Counted from the whole stretch's first letter, positions 10,771-23,373 are shown. The stretch: DNA of 63,546 nucleotides, filler included, from Deltaproteobacteria bacterium (GCA_030698575.1; 7 parts of 7 records of this genome joined end to end with filler, not necessarily neighbours in it), one strand, 5' to 3'. Translations and numbers: made by a program. The notes: generated by a model not told the origin, from the letters alone.

Positions 10771-11700
10771 TTGTCTCGTCGGCATTTCACCATTCTTATA
10801 GTTCCCAGCGACCAGTCCAAGGTGCGCCGGGTGCGTCTGGCTCAGCCAGTGCTCGCGCTCGTGGCGGCAGCGGCCGCCTTCGGACTCGCTCTGTTCTCCG
10901 CGGGGCTCTACACCTCCGTCGTCGACCACCTCCGTCTCTCAAAGGAGCGCAACGAGCGCCAGCAGCTCGAGGCGCAGAGCAAGGCGCAGGAAGGCCACAT
11001 CAGGCTGTTCGCCGAGCGGATCAAGGATCTCGAATCGCGCCTCGGCAAGATGCAGGCCCTCGGGCGCAAGCTGCGCAGCATGGCGAATCTAAAGGAACAG
11101 GGCGAGATGGTCGCGCCGAGCCCGCGCTTCAGCGTTGGCGGCACGACGCTTGAAGATGATCGCTGGGCCTTCGGCCTGTATCAGCTCCAGAACGCCATCA
11201 CCGACGAGCTCGAGTCTGATCTCGATCACCTCTCCCTCGAAGCGTCGCTCCAGGAGCAGAGTTTGAAGGAACTGAACCGCTCGCTCATCGACAAGACGCT
11301 GCGCGACGCCCACACGCCTGCCATCTGGCCTTCGCGGGGGCTCGTGACCTCGTACTTTGGCCAGCGAACGAACCCGATCACCGGCCGGCACCAGTTCCAT
11401 AGCGGCATCGACATCGCCTCGCGGCGCGGCTCGCCCGTCTATGCCACAGCCGACGGAGTGGTGGTCTTCTCGGCCCGGAGCGGGGCGCTCGGTAAGCTGG
11501 TGATGATTTCCCACGGAAACGGGGTCAAGACGCGCTACGGGCACCTCGCCGAAACCTACGTCGCGCCGGGCCAGAAGGTGACCCGCGGGACGAAAATCGG
11601 CGCGGTCGGCACGACCGGCAGGGCCACGGGACCCCACGTCCACTACGAGGTCGTGAATAACGGCGTGTCGGTCAACCCCCGCAAATACATCACAGACTGA
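10771..11700 (+). CDS. M23 family metallopeptidase with N-terminal TM and coiled coil
   Basis: HSGIDI (HxxxD) and TGPHVHYEV (HxH). Probable TTG start after GGGAGG. Confidence 0.88.
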   Translation: MSRRHFTILIVPSDQSKVRRVRLAQPVLALVAAAAAFGLALFSAGLYTSVVDHLRLSKERNERQQLEAQSKAQEGHIRLFAERIKDLESRLGKMQALGRKLRSMANLKEQGEMVAPSPRFSVGGTTLEDDRWAFGLYQLQNAITDELESDLDHLSLEASLQEQSLKELNRSLIDKTLRDAHTPAIWPSRGLVTSYFGQRTNPITGRHQFHSGIDIASRRGSPVYATADGVVVFSARSGALGKLVMISHGNGVKTRYGHLAETYVAPGQKVTRGTKIGAVGTTGRATGPHVHYEVVNNGVSVNPRKYITD

Positions 11701-11818
11701 CCCCCCTGCAGTTCGGTTTGCTTCCACCCACGCCCTGGGCTAAGATTCCGCCCGTGTCACACGCTTTTCCCTCCTCCCGGTCTCCCCGCGACCCCATCAC
11801 AGGCCGGAGCGCCATCCC

Positions 11819-14512
11819 ATGATCGGTTCGATCCTCAAGAGGGTGATTGGCACCAAGAACGAGCGTGAGCTCAAGACCATGGGGCCGATCATCGAGCGAA
11901 TCAACGGCCTCGAGGCCGGAATACAATCCCTCGACGACGGGCAGCTCCGCGCGAAGACCGATGAGTTCCGCAAACGGCTCGCGGAGGGAGAGGCGCTCGA
12001 CGACGTGCTCCCCGAAGCCTTTGCGGTCGTCCGCGAGGGGAGCCGGCGTACGCTGCGCATGCGACATTTCGACGTTCAGCTCGTCGGCGGCCTCGTGCTG
12101 CACCGCGGGACCATCGCCGAGATGAAGACCGGCGAGGGGAAGACCCTGGCCGCCACCTTGCCCGTGTACCTGAACGCGCTCAGCGCCAGGGGAGTGCACG
12201 TCGTCACGGTGAACGATTACCTCGCCAAGCGTGATGCGGAGTGGATGGGGACGATCTACGAGTTCCTGGGACTTACAGTGGGGACGATCGTTCATGAGCG
12301 CTCCGACCGCGAGCGGCACGCGGCCTACCGCTGCGACGTGACCTACGGGACGAACAACGAGTTCGGTTTCGACTACCTCCGCGACAACATGAAGTTCAGG
12401 CTTTCCGACATGGTGCAGCGTGACCTGCACTACGCCATCGTCGACGAGGTCGACTCAATCCTGGTGGACGAAGCGCGGACTCCGCTGATCATCAGCGGGC
12501 CGACGGACGAGTCGACCGAGAAGTACGCGATCATCAACTCGATCATCCCCCGGCTCGTGAAGGAAACCGACTACGTCATCGACGAGAAGGCGCGCACCGC
12601 GAGCCTCACGGACGAGGGGATAGCGAAGGTCGAGAAAATCCTCGGAATCGAGAACCTCTACGAACCCGATCAGATGGAGACCCTGCACCACGTCCACCAG
12701 GGGCTGAAGGCCCACACGCTCTTCCATCGCGACGTCGAATACATGGTCAAGGACGGCGAGGTGGTGATCGTTGACGAGTTTACCGGGCGGCTCATGCCCG
12801 GACGGCGGTGGAGCGAGGGGCTGCATCAGGCGGTCGAGGCGAAGGAGGGGGTGAAGATCGCCAATGAGAACCAGACGCTCGCCTCCATCACCTTCCAGAA
12901 CTACTTCCGCATGTACGGGAAGCTGGCGGGCATGACGGGAACCGCCGAGACGGAAGCCTCGGAGTTCGGTGAAATTTACAACCTCGACGTGATGGTGATT
13001 CCAACCCACCTCCCGATGATCCGTGTGGACAACTCCGACGTCATCTACCAGACGGTGGAAGAGAAGTTCCAGGCCGCGGTGGACGAGATCGAGGAGTGCC
13101 GGGAACGAGGGCAGCCGGTGCTCGTCGGCACCATTTCGGTGGAGAAGTCGGAGAGGCTCTCGGCGCTGCTGCGCCGCCGGCGCATTCCCCACAACGTGCT
13201 CAACGCGAAGTACCACGAGCGCGAGGCCGAGATCGTCGCCCAGGCCGGGCGCAAGGGAGCGGTGACCATCGCCACGAACATGGCCGGCCGCGGAACCGAC
13301 ATCCTTCTTGGCGGCAATCCGGAGTTCATGGCCAAGACCGAGGTCGGCCTTTCGATCACGCCGGGGGTCGAGGCCCAGGCGACGCCCGAGCAGCGTGAGG
13401 CCTACCAGGGCATTCTGGACAAATACAGCAAGATCGCAGCGGAGGAGCACGAAGAGGTGATCGCGGCCGGGGGCCTGCACATCATCGGAACCGAGCGGCA
13501 CGAATCGCGCCGCATAGACAACCAGCTCCGCGGCCGGTCCGGTCGGCAGGGCGATCCGGGCTCCTCGCGTTTCTACCTTGCTCTCGAGGACGACCTGCTG
13601 CGCATCTTCGGCTCGGATCGCATCGCGCCCATGATGCAGAAGCTTGGCATGCAGGAAGGGGAGGCGATCGAGCACAAGCTGGTGAGCCGTGCCGTCGAGA
13701 ACGCCCAGAAGCGCGTCGAGGGGCACAACTTCGACATCCGGAAGCACCTGCTCGAGTACGACAACGTGATGAACAAGCAGCGCACCGTGATCTACGAGGA
13801 ACGACGGCGCGTGCTTGGAGCGGCCGATCTCGGGGAGGACATCAGCACCTGGATGGAAGACGGCGTCGAGCAGATCATCGAGACCTGCACCGACGACCGC
13901 GAGACCTCCCAGGACTGGGATCTCGAGAGCATTGGAAACCAGGCGAGGCTGCTCTTCGGGCTCGATCTGGATCTCTCGCCCGAGAAGCTCGGAGACATCG
14001 ACGCGCGCCGCTTCCGCGCGGAGCTCATGGAGTCGATCGAATCGCGCTACAAGGAGAAGGAGGCGCGCTGCGCCGAGCTGGCCGGCCGCTTCGCCGAGAT
14101 CAATTACCCCGATCTGATGGGGTGGGCGCGGCAGTTCCTGCTCGAGACCCTGGACTCGCATTGGAAGGACCACCTGCTGAACATGGATCACCTGAAGGAG
14201 GGGATCGGCCTCCGGGGCTACGGGCAGCGTGATCCGAAGCTCGAGTACCAGAAGGAAGGGTTCACCATGTTCGAGGAAATGCTCGCCGCCATGAAGGCCG
14301 ACTTTCTCGAACGACTCTTCAAGTTCCAGCCGCCGGAGCCGGTTCGGATGGAAGAGCCGCCGCTGCCCAAGCCGAAGCCACAGAAGATGATCATGAACCG
14401 CGGAGAGGCGGCCGAGCGAACACCCGTCAAGCGGGACGTCGCCAAGGTCGGCCGAAACGAGCCCTGCACCTGTGGATCGGGGAAGAAGTTCAAGAAATGC
14501 CACGGCCGGTAA
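11819..14512 (+). CDS. secA: Preprotein translocase ATPase SecA
   Basis: [47 protein letters not shown]-terminal SEC-C motif [18 protein letters not shown]. Confidence 0.99.
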   Translation: MIGSILKRVIGTKNERELKTMGPIIERINGLEAGIQSLDDGQLRAKTDEFRKRLAEGEALDDVLPEAFAVVREGSRRTLRMRHFDVQLVGGLVLHRGTIAEMKTGEGKTLAATLPVYLNALSARGVHVVTVNDYLAKRDAEWMGTIYEFLGLTVGTIVHERSDRERHAAYRCDVTYGTNNEFGFDYLRDNMKFRLSDMVQRDLHYAIVDEVDSILVDEARTPLIISGPTDESTEKYAIINSIIPRLVKETDYVIDEKARTASLTDEGIAKVEKILGIENLYEPDQMETLHHVHQGLKAHTLFHRDVEYMVKDGEVVIVDEFTGRLMPGRRWSEGLHQAVEAKEGVKIANENQTLASITFQNYFRMYGKLAGMTGTAETEASEFGEIYNLDVMVIPTHLPMIRVDNSDVIYQTVEEKFQAAVDEIEECRERGQPVLVGTISVEKSERLSALLRRRRIPHNVLNAKYHEREAEIVAQAGRKGAVTIATNMAGRGTDILLGGNPEFMAKTEVGLSITPGVEAQATPEQREAYQGILDKYSKIAAEEHEEVIAAGGLHIIGTERHESRRIDNQLRGRSGRQGDPGSSRFYLALEDDLLRIFGSDRIAPMMQKLGMQEGEAIEHKLVSRAVENAQKRVEGHNFDIRKHLLEYDNVMNKQRTVIYEERRRVLGAADLGEDISTWMEDGVEQIIETCTDDRETSQDWDLESIGNQARLLFGLDLDLSPEKLGDIDARRFRAELMESIESRYKEKEARCAELAGRFAEINYPDLMGWARQFLLETLDSHWKDHLLNMDHLKEGIGLRGYGQRDPKLEYQKEGFTMFEEMLAAMKADFLERLFKFQPPEPVRMEEPPLPKPKPQKMIMNRGEAAERTPVKRDVAKVGRNEPCTCGSGKKFKKCHGR

Positions 14513-14565
14513 GGCGGGGGCTGGCGGGAGGCCGCCGCGGACGGGCTTCCCTGGAGGACGGCGAT

Positions 14566-15759
14566 TTGACCAGCACACCCGGGGTGCCCGGCTTCCTGGC
14601 GGGAGGCCTCGCAAGCGGCATCAAGAAGCGGGGGGCCAAGGACCTGGCCCTCATTTTTTGTCCCGGGGGCGCGACCGTCGCCGGTGTCTTCACCACCAAC
14701 CGCATCCAGTCCCCGGCCGTCCGGCTCTCGCGCGAGCGTGCGACCAGGGGGAGGGCGCGGGCGATCCTTGTGAACTCCGGCTGCGCCAATACCTACACCG
14801 GCGCCGCGGGGGAGAAGGACGCGCGGAGCATCGGACGCTATGCCGCGAGGCTGCTGGACGTGGGCGAGGAGGAGATCCTCCAATCCTCGACGGGCGTGAT
14901 CGGCTCCCGGCTCCCGCTCTCCGTCATTCGTCGAGGGCTGCCGCGGCTCGTCGATGATCTCTCACCCGGGGGTTTCGCCGACGCCGCCGAGGCGATCCTC
15001 ACGACCGACACCCACGCGAAGATTGCAACGCGCCTGGGGCGGCTTCCGGGTGGCGCCGTCCGTCTTCTCGGGATCGCCAAGGGGGCCGGCATGGTGGAGC
15101 CGCACATGGCCACGATGTTGGTCTACCTGGCCACGAATGCGCGCATCGGCGCGCCTCTCCTCCGGCGGCTCCTGCGTGACGCCTGCGACACGACCTTCAA
15201 CAGCCTCACTATCGACGGATGCATGAGCACGAGCGACACCGTTGTCATCATGGCGAGCGGCGAGGGGCACCGCGAGACGCTGAAGCCCGGCAGCGGCGCC
15301 ACGCGTCGATTTTTTAAGATGCTCCAGGAGGTTTGCGCCGACCTCGCGACGCAACTCGTCTCCGACGGCGAAGGCGCGACCAAGCGTGTCACGGTTGCGG
15401 TGCGCGGGGCGCACTCCGACGGCGACGCCAGGGCCGCGGCTTATGCGGTCGCGAATTCCCTGCTCGTCAAGACGGCCATCCATGGAGCGGATCCGAACTG
15501 GGGGCGGATCATCCAGGCCCTGGGTGCGGCCCCCGTCCGCCTCGCCCCCGACCGGATCAGCATCAAGATCGGCGCCGCCGCGATCCTGCGCCGCGGCCGG
15601 TACGCCGGAGCGGCCGTCGAAGCCCGCGCCCGGCGGGTGATGCAGGGGCACGCCTACACCCTCCTGGTCGACCTGGGTCTGGGGCGGGGCGGGGCCGAGG
15701 TGCTGACCTGCGATCTTTCCGAGGCCTACATCCGCATCAATGCCTCCTACCGAACCTGA
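14566..15759 (+). CDS. argJ: Ornithine acetyltransferase / N-acetylglutamate synthase ArgJ
   Basis: AGVFTTN, VNSGCAN, SSTGVIG, KGAGMVEPHMATML (autocleavage Thr), DGEGATK, INASYRT. TTG start after GGAGG. Confidence 0.95.
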   Translation: MTSTPGVPGFLAGGLASGIKKRGAKDLALIFCPGGATVAGVFTTNRIQSPAVRLSRERATRGRARAILVNSGCANTYTGAAGEKDARSIGRYAARLLDVGEEEILQSSTGVIGSRLPLSVIRRGLPRLVDDLSPGGFADAAEAILTTDTHAKIATRLGRLPGGAVRLLGIAKGAGMVEPHMATMLVYLATNARIGAPLLRRLLRDACDTTFNSLTIDGCMSTSDTVVIMASGEGHRETLKPGSGATRRFFKMLQEVCADLATQLVSDGEGATKRVTVAVRGAHSDGDARAAAYAVANSLLVKTAIHGADPNWGRIIQALGAAPVRLAPDRISIKIGAAAILRRGRYAGAAVEARARRVMQGHAYTLLVDLGLGRGGAEVLTCDLSEAYIRINASYRT

Positions 15760-15761
15760 TG

Positions 15762-15790
15762 TTGCAGCGGCCTCGCAAACATGCTAAAAA
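15762..15790 (+). promoter_or_regulatory. Candidate sigma70 promoter of the rpsB operon
   Basis: TTGCAG-17nt-TAAAAA with extended TG, just upstream of the leader. Confidence 0.45.
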
Positions 15791-15814
15791 GTTACGCTTT
15801 TCTAGCTTTCTATC

Positions 15815-15918
15815 CCACACGCCGTGAGCGGCCCTCTTCGGGTGACCGCGGTCTATTGATCGCGGACGGCCTGGCGCGAACTCGCGCGCCGGGCAGGGCC
15901 ACGGCGGAGGAGTAACCC
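15815..15918 (+). ncRNA. rpsB (S2) leader RNA, t44-like
   Basis: Starts CACAC; GCCGT/ACGGC closing stem; internal GGGT complementary to TAACCC after GGAGG; directly upstream of rpsB. Confidence 0.65.
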
Positions 15919-15929
15919 GGAGGCATCGA

Positions 15930-16790
15930 ATGCCCAGTATCAACATGAAGGAACTTCTGGAGGCCGGGGTCCACTTCGGCCACCAGACGAAGCGCTGGAA
16001 TCCGAAGATGAAGCCCTACATCTTCGGCGCCCGTGAGGGCATCTACATCGTCGACCTGCAGCAGACGGTCGATCTCTTCAGGAAAGCCTGCCAGTTCATC
16101 ACCCAGACCGTGGCCAACGGCGGCCGGGTTCTCTTCGTCGGCACCAAGAAGCAGGCCCAGGAGTCCATCGCCGAGGCGGCCGATCGAGCCGGCATGTTCT
16201 ACGTGAACAATCGCTGGCTGGGCGGAATGCTTACCAACTACCGCACGATCAAGCGCAGCATTGACCGCTTCAAGCAGCTCGAGACCATGCGCGACGACGG
16301 CACGTTCGCCAAGTTGTCCAAGAAGGAAGCCAGCTCGCTCACGCGTGACATCGCAAAGTTCCAGCGCAGTCTGGGCGGTATCAAGGGAATGGATCGCCTC
16401 CCCGATGTGCTCTTCCTGATCGATGTCAAGAAGGAGCACATCGCTGTCAAGGAGGCGAGCAGGCTCGGGATCCCGACCGTGGCGGTGGTCGATACGAATT
16501 GCGATCCGGACGACATCGACTACGTCATTCCGGGCAATGACGACGCCCTCAGGGCGATTAAGCTTTTTTGCGAGAAGATGGCCGACGCCGTTATCGAGGG
16601 GGGTGCGCTGTTCGAGGAGCGCGCCCGTGACCCCGAGGGAAAGCATAAGGCGAAGGAGTCCTTCGTCGAGAGGCCCGGGGGCATGCGCGCCTACATCTCT
16701 CCCGGCACCGAAGTGGCCGACCCCGCCGAGGAGGCTCCGGCAGCGCCGGCCGCCCCCCCGGAAGCGCCGACCCCGAACTCGACGAGTTGA
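15930..16790 (+). CDS. rpsB: 30S ribosomal protein S2
   Basis: [35 protein letters not shown]. Confidence 0.99.
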   Translation: MPSINMKELLEAGVHFGHQTKRWNPKMKPYIFGAREGIYIVDLQQTVDLFRKACQFITQTVANGGRVLFVGTKKQAQESIAEAADRAGMFYVNNRWLGGMLTNYRTIKRSIDRFKQLETMRDDGTFAKLSKKEASSLTRDIAKFQRSLGGIKGMDRLPDVLFLIDVKKEHIAVKEASRLGIPTVAVVDTNCDPDDIDYVIPGNDDALRAIKLFCEKMADAVIEGGALFEERARDPEGKHKAKESFVERPGGMRAYISPGTEVADPAEEAPAAPAAPPEAPTPNSTS

Positions 16791-16849
16791 GGCCGGCGCC
16801 GGATCGCCCAGATCGACGCCACAAACAGCTTTCAGACGGAGATTGAACG

Positions 16850-18242
<1,393 letters not shown>

Positions 18243-18294
18243 CATCGCCCGCGCGCGCAGTATCGAGCGCGGGGTGGGAACACGGGAGCAGGCC

Positions 18295-18870
18295 ATGACG
18301 GAACCGAATCAGAATCTTGGGGAAGTAGCAGCGCAGTCGAAGAAGAACATGGAGAAGGCGATCGCGGCCTTCAAGCATGAAATCGGGCGCGTCCGCACGG
18401 GCCGCGCGAGCCTCGCGCTGCTCGAACCTGTCCGGGTGGATTATTTCGGGACGCCCACGCCGCTCAATCAGGTGGCCACCCTGGGGGTTCCGGAGCCGAA
18501 GCTCATCACGATTTCCCCCTGGGATTCAAAGATCATCTCGGCCATCGAGAAGGCCATTCAAAAGTCTGATCTGGGCCTCACCCCCTCGAACGACGGAAAA
18601 ATTATCAGGATAGCGATCCCCGATCTTACCGAGGAGCGCCGCAAGGAACTCGTGAAGGTCGTGAAGAAGAGCGCGGAGGATTTCCGCGTCGAAGTGCGCG
18701 CTCACCGTCGCGACGCGATCCACAAGATCAAGGAGCTGGAGAAGGAGAAGCAGATCCCGGAGGACGAGAGCAGGCGGGCGCAGGATCAGGAGCAGAAGCT
18801 GACCGACGAGTACATCGCGAGGATCGACAAAATGCTCGAGGCCAAGGAGCAGGAGATTCTCCAGATCTGA
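18295..18870 (+). CDS. frr: Ribosome recycling factor
   Basis: VRTGRAS, PSNDGKIIR, LTEERRKELVK. Confidence 0.97.
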   Translation: MTEPNQNLGEVAAQSKKNMEKAIAAFKHEIGRVRTGRASLALLEPVRVDYFGTPTPLNQVATLGVPEPKLITISPWDSKIISAIEKAIQKSDLGLTPSNDGKIIRIAIPDLTEERRKELVKVVKKSAEDFRVEVRAHRRDAIHKIKELEKEKQIPEDESRRAQDQEQKLTDEYIARIDKMLEAKEQEILQI

Positions 18871-18929
18871 TTCTTCCGCCCGATCCGTGGCCCCGTACCC
18901 CCCGCCTTTGCCAACCGAGAATCAGCCGG

Positions 18930-19688
18930 ATGAGCGACAAGACCCGAGCGGCGGTCCCGCAGAGCGTCGCCATAATCATGGACGGCAACGGACGCTGGGC
19001 CACGCGCCGTGGCCTGCCCCGTGTCATGGGGCACCGGCGAGGCGTCGAAGCTGTGCGTCAGGTGGTGCGTGCGGCGGACGAGATGGGAGTCAAACGGCTG
19101 ACGCTCTACGCCTTCTCACAGGAGAACTGGAGCCGGCCGAAGGCCGAGGTGAGCGAGCTGATGGTCCTGCTCAAGCGGTACATCCGCTCGGAGCTCGATG
19201 AATTGATGAGCAATCGCGTCCAGGTGAAGGCCATCGGAAGGCTTCATGAGCTGCGCCCCGACATTCAGGAGCTGTTCAACGACGCCATCCTGAAGACCCG
19301 GAACAACGACGGGCTGAAGTTGACCTTCGCGCTGTCTTACGGCGGCAGGCAGGAGATTGTCGACGCCGCCCGGGCGGCGGCCCGCGAGGTGGCCGAGGGC
19401 AGGCTCGCGCTCGAGGCGATCGACGAGAAGAGTTTTGCCAGCTACCTCTCGACCGGTGACGCGCCGGACCCCGATCTTCTCATCAGAACAGGCGGCGAAC
19501 AACGGGTTTCCAACTTCCTGCTCTGGCAAATCGCTTATACCGAGATCTATGTCACCGACACGCTGTGGCCGGACTTCGATGGCGCGGCGCTCGAACGCGC
19601 CCTGCAGGACTACGCGTCGCGCGAGCGGCGATTCGGATTGACCAGCGAGCAGACGGGCAGGAGGGCGCGCAGCCAGGCGGACAGATGA
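18930..19688 (+). CDS. uppS: Undecaprenyl diphosphate synthase
   Basis: IIMDGNGRWA, YAFSQENW, SYGGRQEI, DLLIRTGGEQRVSNFLLWQ. Confidence 0.97.
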   Translation: MSDKTRAAVPQSVAIIMDGNGRWATRRGLPRVMGHRRGVEAVRQVVRAADEMGVKRLTLYAFSQENWSRPKAEVSELMVLLKRYIRSELDELMSNRVQVKAIGRLHELRPDIQELFNDAILKTRNNDGLKLTFALSYGGRQEIVDAARAAAREVAEGRLALEAIDEKSFASYLSTGDAPDPDLLIRTGGEQRVSNFLLWQIAYTEIYVTDTLWPDFDGAALERALQDYASRERRFGLTSEQTGRRARSQADR

Positions 19689-20851
19689 AACGTCTTGCCA
19701 TCCTTGGATCGACAGGATCGATCGGCGTCAACACGCTCCGGATCGTGGAGAGCTTCCCGGATCGGTTCGAGGTGATCGCACTGGCCGCCGGGCGCAACGC
19801 CGATCTTCTCGCCGAGCAGGTGATTCGTTTCAAGCCGCGCGTGGTGAGCGTGCTCGACGACGAGGTCGCGGGAAAGCTTGCCGAAAAACTCGGGGGGACG
19901 AAGGTCGAGATCCTGAAGGGCGAGGCGGGAGTGGTCAGGGTCGCGACCGGCGACCGCCCGGACCTGGTGGTCTCGGCCCTTGTTGGCGCGAGCGGGCTCG
20001 TGCCCACGCTGGCTGCCGTGCGGGCGGGGAGCGACGTCGCGCTGGCGAACAAGGAAGTGCTCGTCATGGCGGGCGAACTGGTCATGGCGGAGGCGCGGCG
20101 GGTTGGGGTGCGCATCCTGCCGGTCGACAGCGAGCACGCGGCGATCCACCAGTGCCTGGCCGGCCACCGGCGGGCGGATGTGCGGCGGGTCACCCTGACC
20201 GCCTCGGGAGGCCCCTTCCGGACGACTCCGCGGGAGAAGCTGGCGGGAATGCAGCCGTCCGAGGCGCTCAAGCACCCGAACTGGGAGATGGGGCCGAAGA
20301 TAACGATCGACAGCGCGTCGCTGATGAACAAGGGTCTGGAGATGATCGAGGCGCGATGGCTCTTCGATCTGGACCCTGGGGTGATTGACGTTGTCATCCA
20401 CCCGCAGAGCATCGTGCACTCGCTGGTGGAGTACATTGACGGATCGGTCATCGCCCAGCTAGGCGTCCCGGACATGCGAGGGCCAATCTCCTACGCCCTC
20501 GGCCTCCCCGAGCGGCTGCCGCTTTCGATGGAGCGCCTGGATCTCGTAGAGCTCGGGTCGCTCACCTTTGAGGCGCCGGATCACGCGAAGTTCCCGAACC
20601 TCGGCCTGGCGCTGCGCGCGCTGAAAGACGGCGGCACAATGCCAGCGGTGCTGAATGCCGCCAACGAGGAGGGCGTGGCCGCATTTCTGGATGGCCGGAT
20701 CAGGTTCACGGGGATCACGGAGAGCATCGCGAGGACCATGGAAGCCCATGTCCCCCGCCCGATATTGACCCTGAAAGACGCCCTTGCAGCCGACGCCTGG
20801 GCGCGGCAACATGCCGTGAAGATTATCGGCGGGTTGCCGATACCGAACTAG
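19685..20851 (+). CDS. dxr: 1-deoxy-D-xylulose-5-phosphate reductoisomerase
   Basis: LGSTGSIG, LANKE, PVDSEH, HPNWEMGPKITIDSA; ATGA overlap with uppS. Confidence 0.98.
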   Translation: MKRLAILGSTGSIGVNTLRIVESFPDRFEVIALAAGRNADLLAEQVIRFKPRVVSVLDDEVAGKLAEKLGGTKVEILKGEAGVVRVATGDRPDLVVSALVGASGLVPTLAAVRAGSDVALANKEVLVMAGELVMAEARRVGVRILPVDSEHAAIHQCLAGHRRADVRRVTLTASGGPFRTTPREKLAGMQPSEALKHPNWEMGPKITIDSASLMNKGLEMIEARWLFDLDPGVIDVVIHPQSIVHSLVEYIDGSVIAQLGVPDMRGPISYALGLPERLPLSMERLDLVELGSLTFEAPDHAKFPNLGLALRALKDGGTMPAVLNAANEEGVAAFLDGRIRFTGITESIARTMEAHVPRPILTLKDALAADAWARQHAVKIIGGLPIPN

Positions 20852-20908
20852 CGGCTCCGTCACCCCAACGTATCACCCGTATCACCGCCACAGAGCGAGA
20901 GGTGAGCA

Positions 20909-22606
20909 GTGGAATCATTCGTCGAAACGGCCCTCGGCTTCATCTGGAGCATCTTCCCGTTGATCATCATGCTCGGCGTGCTCGTGTTCGTGCACGAGCT
21001 GGGCCACTTTGCGTTCGCCAAGTGGTTGGGCGTGAAGGTGATGAAGTTCTCCATCGGCTTCGGGCCCCGCATCGTCGGCTGGACTCGCGGCGAGACGGAG
21101 TACGTCCTCTCCTGGATTCCGCTTGGAGGCTACGTCAAGATGCTCGGCGAGAATCCCGGCGAGGAGATCGTGCCCGAGGATCAGGGTCGCACACTCTCGA
21201 CGCGCCCCTTTCTGCAGAAGGCCCTCATCGTCTTCGCCGGGCCGGGAATGAACCTGGCACTCCCCGTTCTGCTCTTCATGGCCCTCTATTTCACCGGCTA
21301 CCCCGATGTCACCACCTACGTGGGCTCGGTCGAGCGGGACTCGGTGGCCGCAGAGGCCGGGATCGCTCCGGGCGAACGGATCGTCGCCATCGACGGAACG
21401 CCAGTCACCTGGTGGGAGGACCTTTCCGAGGCGTTGCTCGCGTCGGTCGGGAAGCCGCTGCGTCTCGAGATCGAGGGGGCAGACGGACGGCGCGAGGTGA
21501 CCGTTGTCCCCAAGTCCGAAACCGTCAAGACCCTGCTCGGCGACGAAGGGGAGATTGGCGCCATCGGCATAACTCCCCTGTATGAAGCCGCCACCGCGGC
21601 GGTGAGCCGCACCGACTCGCCGGCCTACGAGGCGGGGCTGCGGATGAGCGATCAGATCAAGGCCGTGGACGGCCGTCCGCTCACCCATCATCCGATGCTC
21701 GGGGCGAGCCTGCAGAAGGCGCGCGGTCCGATCAGCATAGCCGTCGAACGCGACGGCAAACCGATGGATTTCACCCTTCCGGCGCTGGGCACGCCGGAGG
21801 AACTGGACGGTCTTGAGAGCGCAGCGCTCATGGAGCGGGCCGGGTTCGAGGACCCGCAGCTCTTCATACGGAACGTCGAGCGGCACTCACCCGCCGAGGA
21901 GGCCGGGCTTCTAGAGGGCGACCGCCTCGTCAGTATTGACGGAGAAGCGCTCGAGAACTGGGAGGCTTTTACCGAGAGGGTTATCGAGAGCAACGGGAAG
22001 TCTCTGGCTGTCACGGTGCGCCGCGCGGGCGTTGATATGACGGTAACCGTCGCGCCGGGCCTTCGCTTCAACCGTGACCCGCTGGCCAAGGAGAGCAAGA
22101 CATACTACGTGGGCGTTGCCAGCCTGGCCCGTTACGTCCCGGGAAAAGTCGAGCCGCGCGTGGTCCGGAATCCGATCGAATCCCTGGCGCAGAGCGTCGA
22201 GGAAACCTGGCGGATGTGCGACCTGGTGGTCGTCGGCATGTGGAAGCTCCTGACGGGCGCCGTTCGCCTCGACAACATCGGAGGCCCCATCCAGATTGGC
22301 GTCGTCGCGGCCAAGGCCGCGGACGAGGGGCTCGTCACGTTCGTGCGCATGATGGCGTTCATCTCGATCAACCTGGGAATCCTCAACCTTCTCCCCATCC
22401 CCATCCTCGACGGGGGTCATTTGCTCTTCTTCGCGATCGAGGGGCTCAAGCGAGGTCCCATCAGCCTGCGCAAGAAGGAACTGGCGCAGCAGGTCGGGCT
22501 CACGATGCTGATACTCCTCATCGGGGTGGCCTTCTACAATGACATCGCCCGATCCTGGAACCAGATCGTCGGCTTCCTGAAAGACGTCGGGACGGGGCTG
22601 ATGTGA
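20909..22606 (+). CDS. rseP: RIP metalloprotease RseP with three PDZ domains
   Basis: HELGH, PLGGYVKM, AGPGMN, NLLPIPILDGGH; three AxxAG(L/I)..DxI..(I/V)DG PDZ units. Confidence 0.95.
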   Translation: MESFVETALGFIWSIFPLIIMLGVLVFVHELGHFAFAKWLGVKVMKFSIGFGPRIVGWTRGETEYVLSWIPLGGYVKMLGENPGEEIVPEDQGRTLSTRPFLQKALIVFAGPGMNLALPVLLFMALYFTGYPDVTTYVGSVERDSVAAEAGIAPGERIVAIDGTPVTWWEDLSEALLASVGKPLRLEIEGADGRREVTVVPKSETVKTLLGDEGEIGAIGITPLYEAATAAVSRTDSPAYEAGLRMSDQIKAVDGRPLTHHPMLGASLQKARGPISIAVERDGKPMDFTLPALGTPEELDGLESAALMERAGFEDPQLFIRNVERHSPAEEAGLLEGDRLVSIDGEALENWEAFTERVIESNGKSLAVTVRRAGVDMTVTVAPGLRFNRDPLAKESKTYYVGVASLARYVPGKVEPRVVRNPIESLAQSVEETWRMCDLVVVGMWKLLTGAVRLDNIGGPIQIGVVAAKAADEGLVTFVRMMAFISINLGILNLLPIPILDGGHLLFFAIEGLKRGPISLRKKELAQQVGLTMLILLIGVAFYNDIARSWNQIVGFLKDVGTGLM

Positions 22607-23373
22607 CCGCCGCGCCCCGGCGTCGTCCCGGCGAGTCGCCTGGCGCACTGCCCGGGGATCTCGTCCTGGCGGTAGAGACTTCCACGAAGAGCGGCTCGGT
22701 GGCGATTGTTTCCAACGAGGGCCTCCGCGTCGAGATCATGCACGGCCTCGAGGCGACCCACAGCGATCACATCCTTGGCGCCGTCGATCAGGCGCTGCGC
22801 GACACCTCCATCAGCTTCGCCGATCTCACCGGGCTCGCGGTCTCCGCGGGTCCGGGCTCGTTCACGGGCCTGCGCATCGGGCTTGCCACGGTCAAGGGGC
22901 TCGCCGAAGCGCACCCGCTCCCGATTGTCGCCGTCTCGACCCTCGAAGCTCTCGCCATGAACGCCCCGGCGGGGCGGACGCCTGTCTGCCCGACGCTCGA
23001 TGCGCGCAAGGGGGAGGTGTACGGCGCGCTCTTTGCGTGGGACGGGGAAGCCGGAGACTGGCGAGCCCTTGTGCCCGAGGGCGCCTATGCGCCCGAGTCG
23101 TTTGCACGCCGCGTGGCCGGCGCCACCGAAGAGGCGCTTTTCCTGGGGGACGGGGCCCAGGTTTATGCGGACATCTTCGCGAAGGTCCTCGGAAAGGGCG
23201 CCCGCTTTGCAGCCGGCCCCGCGCACCAGCCCCGGGCAGCCTGGGTGGGCTGGCTGGGGATTGCGCGCCTCCAGGCGGGGCTCACGGAAGACCCTGTTTC
23301 TCTCGTCCCCCGCTATCTTCGCGCGAGCGAGGCCGAGCTGGCCTGGGCCCTCCGGGAGGGGGGGCGCGGGTGA
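22603..23373 (+). CDS. tsaB: tRNA t6A biosynthesis protein TsaB
   Basis: LAVETST, GPGSFTGLRIG, DARKGEVY, PRYLRASEAE. Confidence 0.92.
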   Translation: MTAAPRRRPGESPGALPGDLVLAVETSTKSGSVAIVSNEGLRVEIMHGLEATHSDHILGAVDQALRDTSISFADLTGLAVSAGPGSFTGLRIGLATVKGLAEAHPLPIVAVSTLEALAMNAPAGRTPVCPTLDARKGEVYGALFAWDGEAGDWRALVPEGAYAPESFARRVAGATEEALFLGDGAQVYADIFAKVLGKGARFAAGPAHQPRAAWVGWLGIARLQAGLTEDPVSLVPRYLRASEAELAWALREGGRG

